Positions 61,317 through 64,000 of a stretch of DNA of 64,000 nucleotides are shown here, in pieces. Numbering within the stretch: position 1 is the stretch's first letter; every line of letters starts with the position of its first letter. The translations under genes were made by a program, and so were the position numbers. Origin of the DNA: Mayamaea pseudoterrestris. Its lineage: Eukaryota. The notes beneath the pieces were generated by a model, which saw only the letters and a list, made by a program, of their open reading frames with translations, searched no databases and had not been told where the DNA came from. Where the stretch lies: the NCBI GenBank assembly GCA_027923505.1, contig BROI01000005.1, positions 124,001 through 188,000 on the forward strand, written 5' to 3'.

Positions 61317-61635
61317 GATAGTCTCTCGCCGAGACTTTATACCACTCATTCTCATGGTTGTCTTCGCAGTTGACATGCAAAACTTGGCATGCTCGAGGTT
61401 ACTCTTGTCAACATCTCGTTTTCGTCGAATTGTGACGTGCTCACAAATTTCCAACGAGCCTGTCGGCCGACAAAGTTCTTTTTCACAATTATTACCGGAG
61501 CGACGCACGGCTACCCACTGATGGGCTGGCTGGTAAATAAGTAGCAGGCATTGCCGTCAAAAGTAAAGATACTCAAATAGAATACGGTTAACATTCATTA
61601 TACGGTATTAATAGATGAAAGGTTCAATTTGTCAC

Positions 61636-64000
61636 TCACTGCCACTGGTTCCAGGTGACAACACGCAGCGATGGGACGAAGAGACCCTGATCTGACGAAG
61701 ATTCGCCTCGCTGAGTTGCATCAAGCGCCTTGCCACTGGTCGCAATCTTCCGCAACCAATGACTTAAAGTCGCCAAGGCGTCACACGCTCGGTATTGCAT
61801 TATCTCAGTCACGCCATCCTCGCGGCCATGGGCAAGATGCATCAGGGTTGCAATACACTCAGGTGTGTTTGTGAGAGGAATTAAATTTGCCGGTTCATCG
61901 CAAAGATTTTTAATCGCAGTGACGGCGGATAGACGTTCCTCCTCCGCCTGCGCATAGCGTCCTCGACGGCATAAGACCTTCACCAAGCCATCAGCGCCAG
62001 CCAGTTCTTGACGCACACCAGAATCTTGCGCCAAGTTTTGAATCGCAAAACACGCGTAAAGGCGAGACTCGTCGCTTTCGGAATTGGCTGCCTTGATGAG
62101 TGCTGGAATAGCTTCCCGCTCCTGGAACACTAACAACTTGGTATTTTGGCGGTGCCGCGTGAGATTCGCAAGAAACTTGACAGCGAGAACGTGACAAGGG
62201 CTGTCGTGAAACGTTGCAATTTGTACCATCGTCTGCACAAGAGAGGTCTCGCGAGCAAAGTGATAAGCGTTGTCTTTCTCCTTGCTCAAGTGGCCCAATA
62301 ACGCAAAGACATTTTGGCGGCTGCCTCGCAACGTAGGGTCGGCGGTTTCGTCATAACCAAACAGCTCAATCGGAGACTGTGAAGCAGAAACTTTTAGCGT
62401 TTTCTGAGAATCTTCAGACGCAATAGAGTGAGTCTTTTGACTTTCACTATTAGAGTCATCCGAGGATCTTGTCTCGCTATTTGCCGAATAACACGTAGTC
62501 TTTGCCGATCTCGACTCGACCCTTGGTGGTTTTGGGACAAGGACAGGGACTAGTGCGTCCACAAATCCAGGAATCTGTGCCATAAGCAGGCGATTCTCAA
62601 TAGATTTGGCAAGATATGCGAGAATGGCAGTACATCCTCGACTTGCGCTGTCGCTGCCACCCTTGATTAAAAAGATAATGGCCTGCATGAGTCTTGGAGT
62701 GTGAAACACAGCAATGCGATTCTCCTTAGGCATGGACAGGTTCAACAGAGTAGTAATAGCACGATTGCGAGCTGCTTCGTATTCAAATCGAATCCGTTTG
62801 TCGAGTTTGACCATGAATCCTTCATCCAGACTGTCTGTCAAAACGGAAGTCAGTGCTTGAAGGACACCGACAGTCCAGCATAGTTTAATGCGCTTCTTCG
62901 AATCATTCGTCATGACTTTAATCGCTCCGCACGCATTTTTACGTCTAACCATGTATCCCAAATCGATTTTTGAGGAGTCTTCGGGAGTGGCAATTGCGAC
63001 GAGCAAGTCCTCCGTTGTCTTGGTTGGATCGGTCATGCGATGTTCCAGCGACTCCAACTTTTGCTCCGTTTTGAAGCTGATTAGTTCGCTGATGCTGCGA
63101 CGACCAAGTAAAGTATCCTCCGATGGTGGATGAAAAGCGCTTGCAAGGTTTTTGCCTGAATGGCTGGTCAGTAGCTGGGTGTCGCTGTCCGATCTGCAAT
63201 CACTCTTACCAACACGATTGGCCGGCACAGCTTCAGATCGGTCTCTGGTTTCTGCAATGACAAAGTCAGAGACGCTTGATCGCGGCGTCAACATGGCCGC
63301 AACTGCAGCTGATGCCGTTTTATGGAAATTTTCATGTCGATTTAGAAAGGATGGTGTATGCACCGAGATTGAGTCTTGCTGTGAAAGTGTCTTCTCCACC
63401 GTGAGTTTTGACTGTGGATTGTAGCGGCGGTTCATTTCGGACCCTGTCTCATATTCTTCCTTGGCCTTTTCCAATGCAAGGCCTATTTCTCGAACAGAAT
63501 CTTCTTCTGTCTTTGGTGGCGTCCAGTTAACAGTTGGGACCGTCGATACTTCTTCGCTCTCCATGATATCAACACTCTCTCCGACTGAATGCTCATTCTT
63601 GTTCTTTTGGATTTGAGTAGAAGCCGACTGGAGTGTACTCGACGTTGGATTAGGTCCGACCAATTTTCCACTAACTTGATGACTTTCCGAACGCGTCGAG
63701 CAAGCCGTTGGGCTTTCGAGGTTACCATCAGTTTCGACGACATCCTCATCACACGAATTTGGCTTGGAACCATGGACCGGATCTACTGGCTCTCCAGAGA
63801 ACGTATCGTCTCCAGTGGTGAACATTGTCAACTCATCATCCGCTTCATCGCCACTAGAACTATCAGAGTGCTGCTCGGACATAAAGTCATCAAAATCGTC
63901 GTAATCTTCTTCACCATAATCATCTCCAACGGTAGTCTCATCTGCTTCCTCATCATCCGCGTCCTGACTCGTATGCGCACTGGCGGAAGCCAGCTTTGGC
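61636..64000 (-). CDS. Armadillo-repeat protein; 5' end lies beyond the window
   Basis: ARM helices (LLNLS...ENR, LANLT, IQNLA, IKNLC); the frame stays open from 63882 to the window end. Confidence 0.85.
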   Translation of the reverse strand, partial: PKLASASAHTSQDADDEEADETTVGDDYGEEDYDDFDDFMSEQHSDSSSGDEADDELTMFTTGDDTFSGEPVDPVHGSKPNSCDEDVVETDGNLESPTACSTRSESHQVSGKLVGPNPTSSTLQSASTQIQKNKNEHSVGESVDIMESEEVSTVPTVNWTPPKTEEDSVREIGLALEKAKEEYETGSEMNRRYNPQSKLTVEKTLSQQDSISVHTPSFLNRHENFHKTASAAVAAMLTPRSSVSDFVIAETRDRSEAVPANRVGKSDCRSDSDTQLLTSHSGKNLASAFHPPSEDTLLGRRSISELISFKTEQKLESLEHRMTDPTKTTEDLLVAIATPEDSSKIDLGYMVRRKNACGAIKVMTNDSKKRIKLCWTVGVLQALTSVLTDSLDEGFMVKLDKRIRFEYEAARNRAITTLLNLSMPKENRIAVFHTPRLMQAIIFLIKGGSDSASRGCTAILAYLAKSIENRLLMAQIPGFVDALVPVLVPKPPRVESRSAKTTCYSANSETRSSDDSNSESQKTHSIASEDSQKTLKVSASQSPIELFGYDETADPTLRGSRQNVFALLGHLSKEKDNAYHFARETSLVQTMVQIATFHDSPCHVLAVKFLANLTRHRQNTKLLVFQEREAIPALIKAANSESDESRLYACFAIQNLAQDSGVRQELAGADGLVKVLCRRGRYAQAEEERLSAVTAIKNLCDEPANLIPLTNTPECIATLMHLAHGREDGVTEIMQYRACDALATLSHWLRKIATSGKALDATQRGESSSDQGLFVPSLRVVTWNQWQ

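Noticed and set aside
61317..61508. N-terminal 64 codons of the tracked 460 aa ORF
   Set aside because: The tracked start is not an ATG and the signal peptide begins at ATG 61316; treated as probable 5' UTR.

Overview
Gene-dense eukaryotic nuclear DNA of roughly 50% GC with short GT-AG introns. It is most likely a pennate diatom (inference: bipartite signal + ASAFAP-like plastid presequences, a cytosolic class II aldolase, and RXL/KxxK silaffin-like proteins). About 30 protein-coding genes can be reconstructed. I see no rRNA, tRNA, CRISPR array or autonomous transposon. The main structural feature is a ~9.1 kb direct tandem duplication (about 8577-17680 and 17678-26664) of six genes: FBA-II, a RING-H2 protein, PIMT, TAF7, a double cytochrome b5/MAPR protein and a 4-TM protein. 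Its junction has microhomology and leaves an orphan 3' tail of the neighbouring ammonium transporter. The most interesting items are: (1) a class II aldolase with a C-terminal tail anchor; (2) a Crinkler-like Ubl-NTPase-REase gene interrupted by a single in-frame TGA, close to a DUF4258-like/vWA/alpha-kinase gene; (3) a tandem pair of secreted RXL/KxxK silaffin-like genes; (4) a membrane-anchored papain-family protease; (5) a long fold-back intron in polyubiquitin. Family assignments come from motif recognition by eye; no database search was run.
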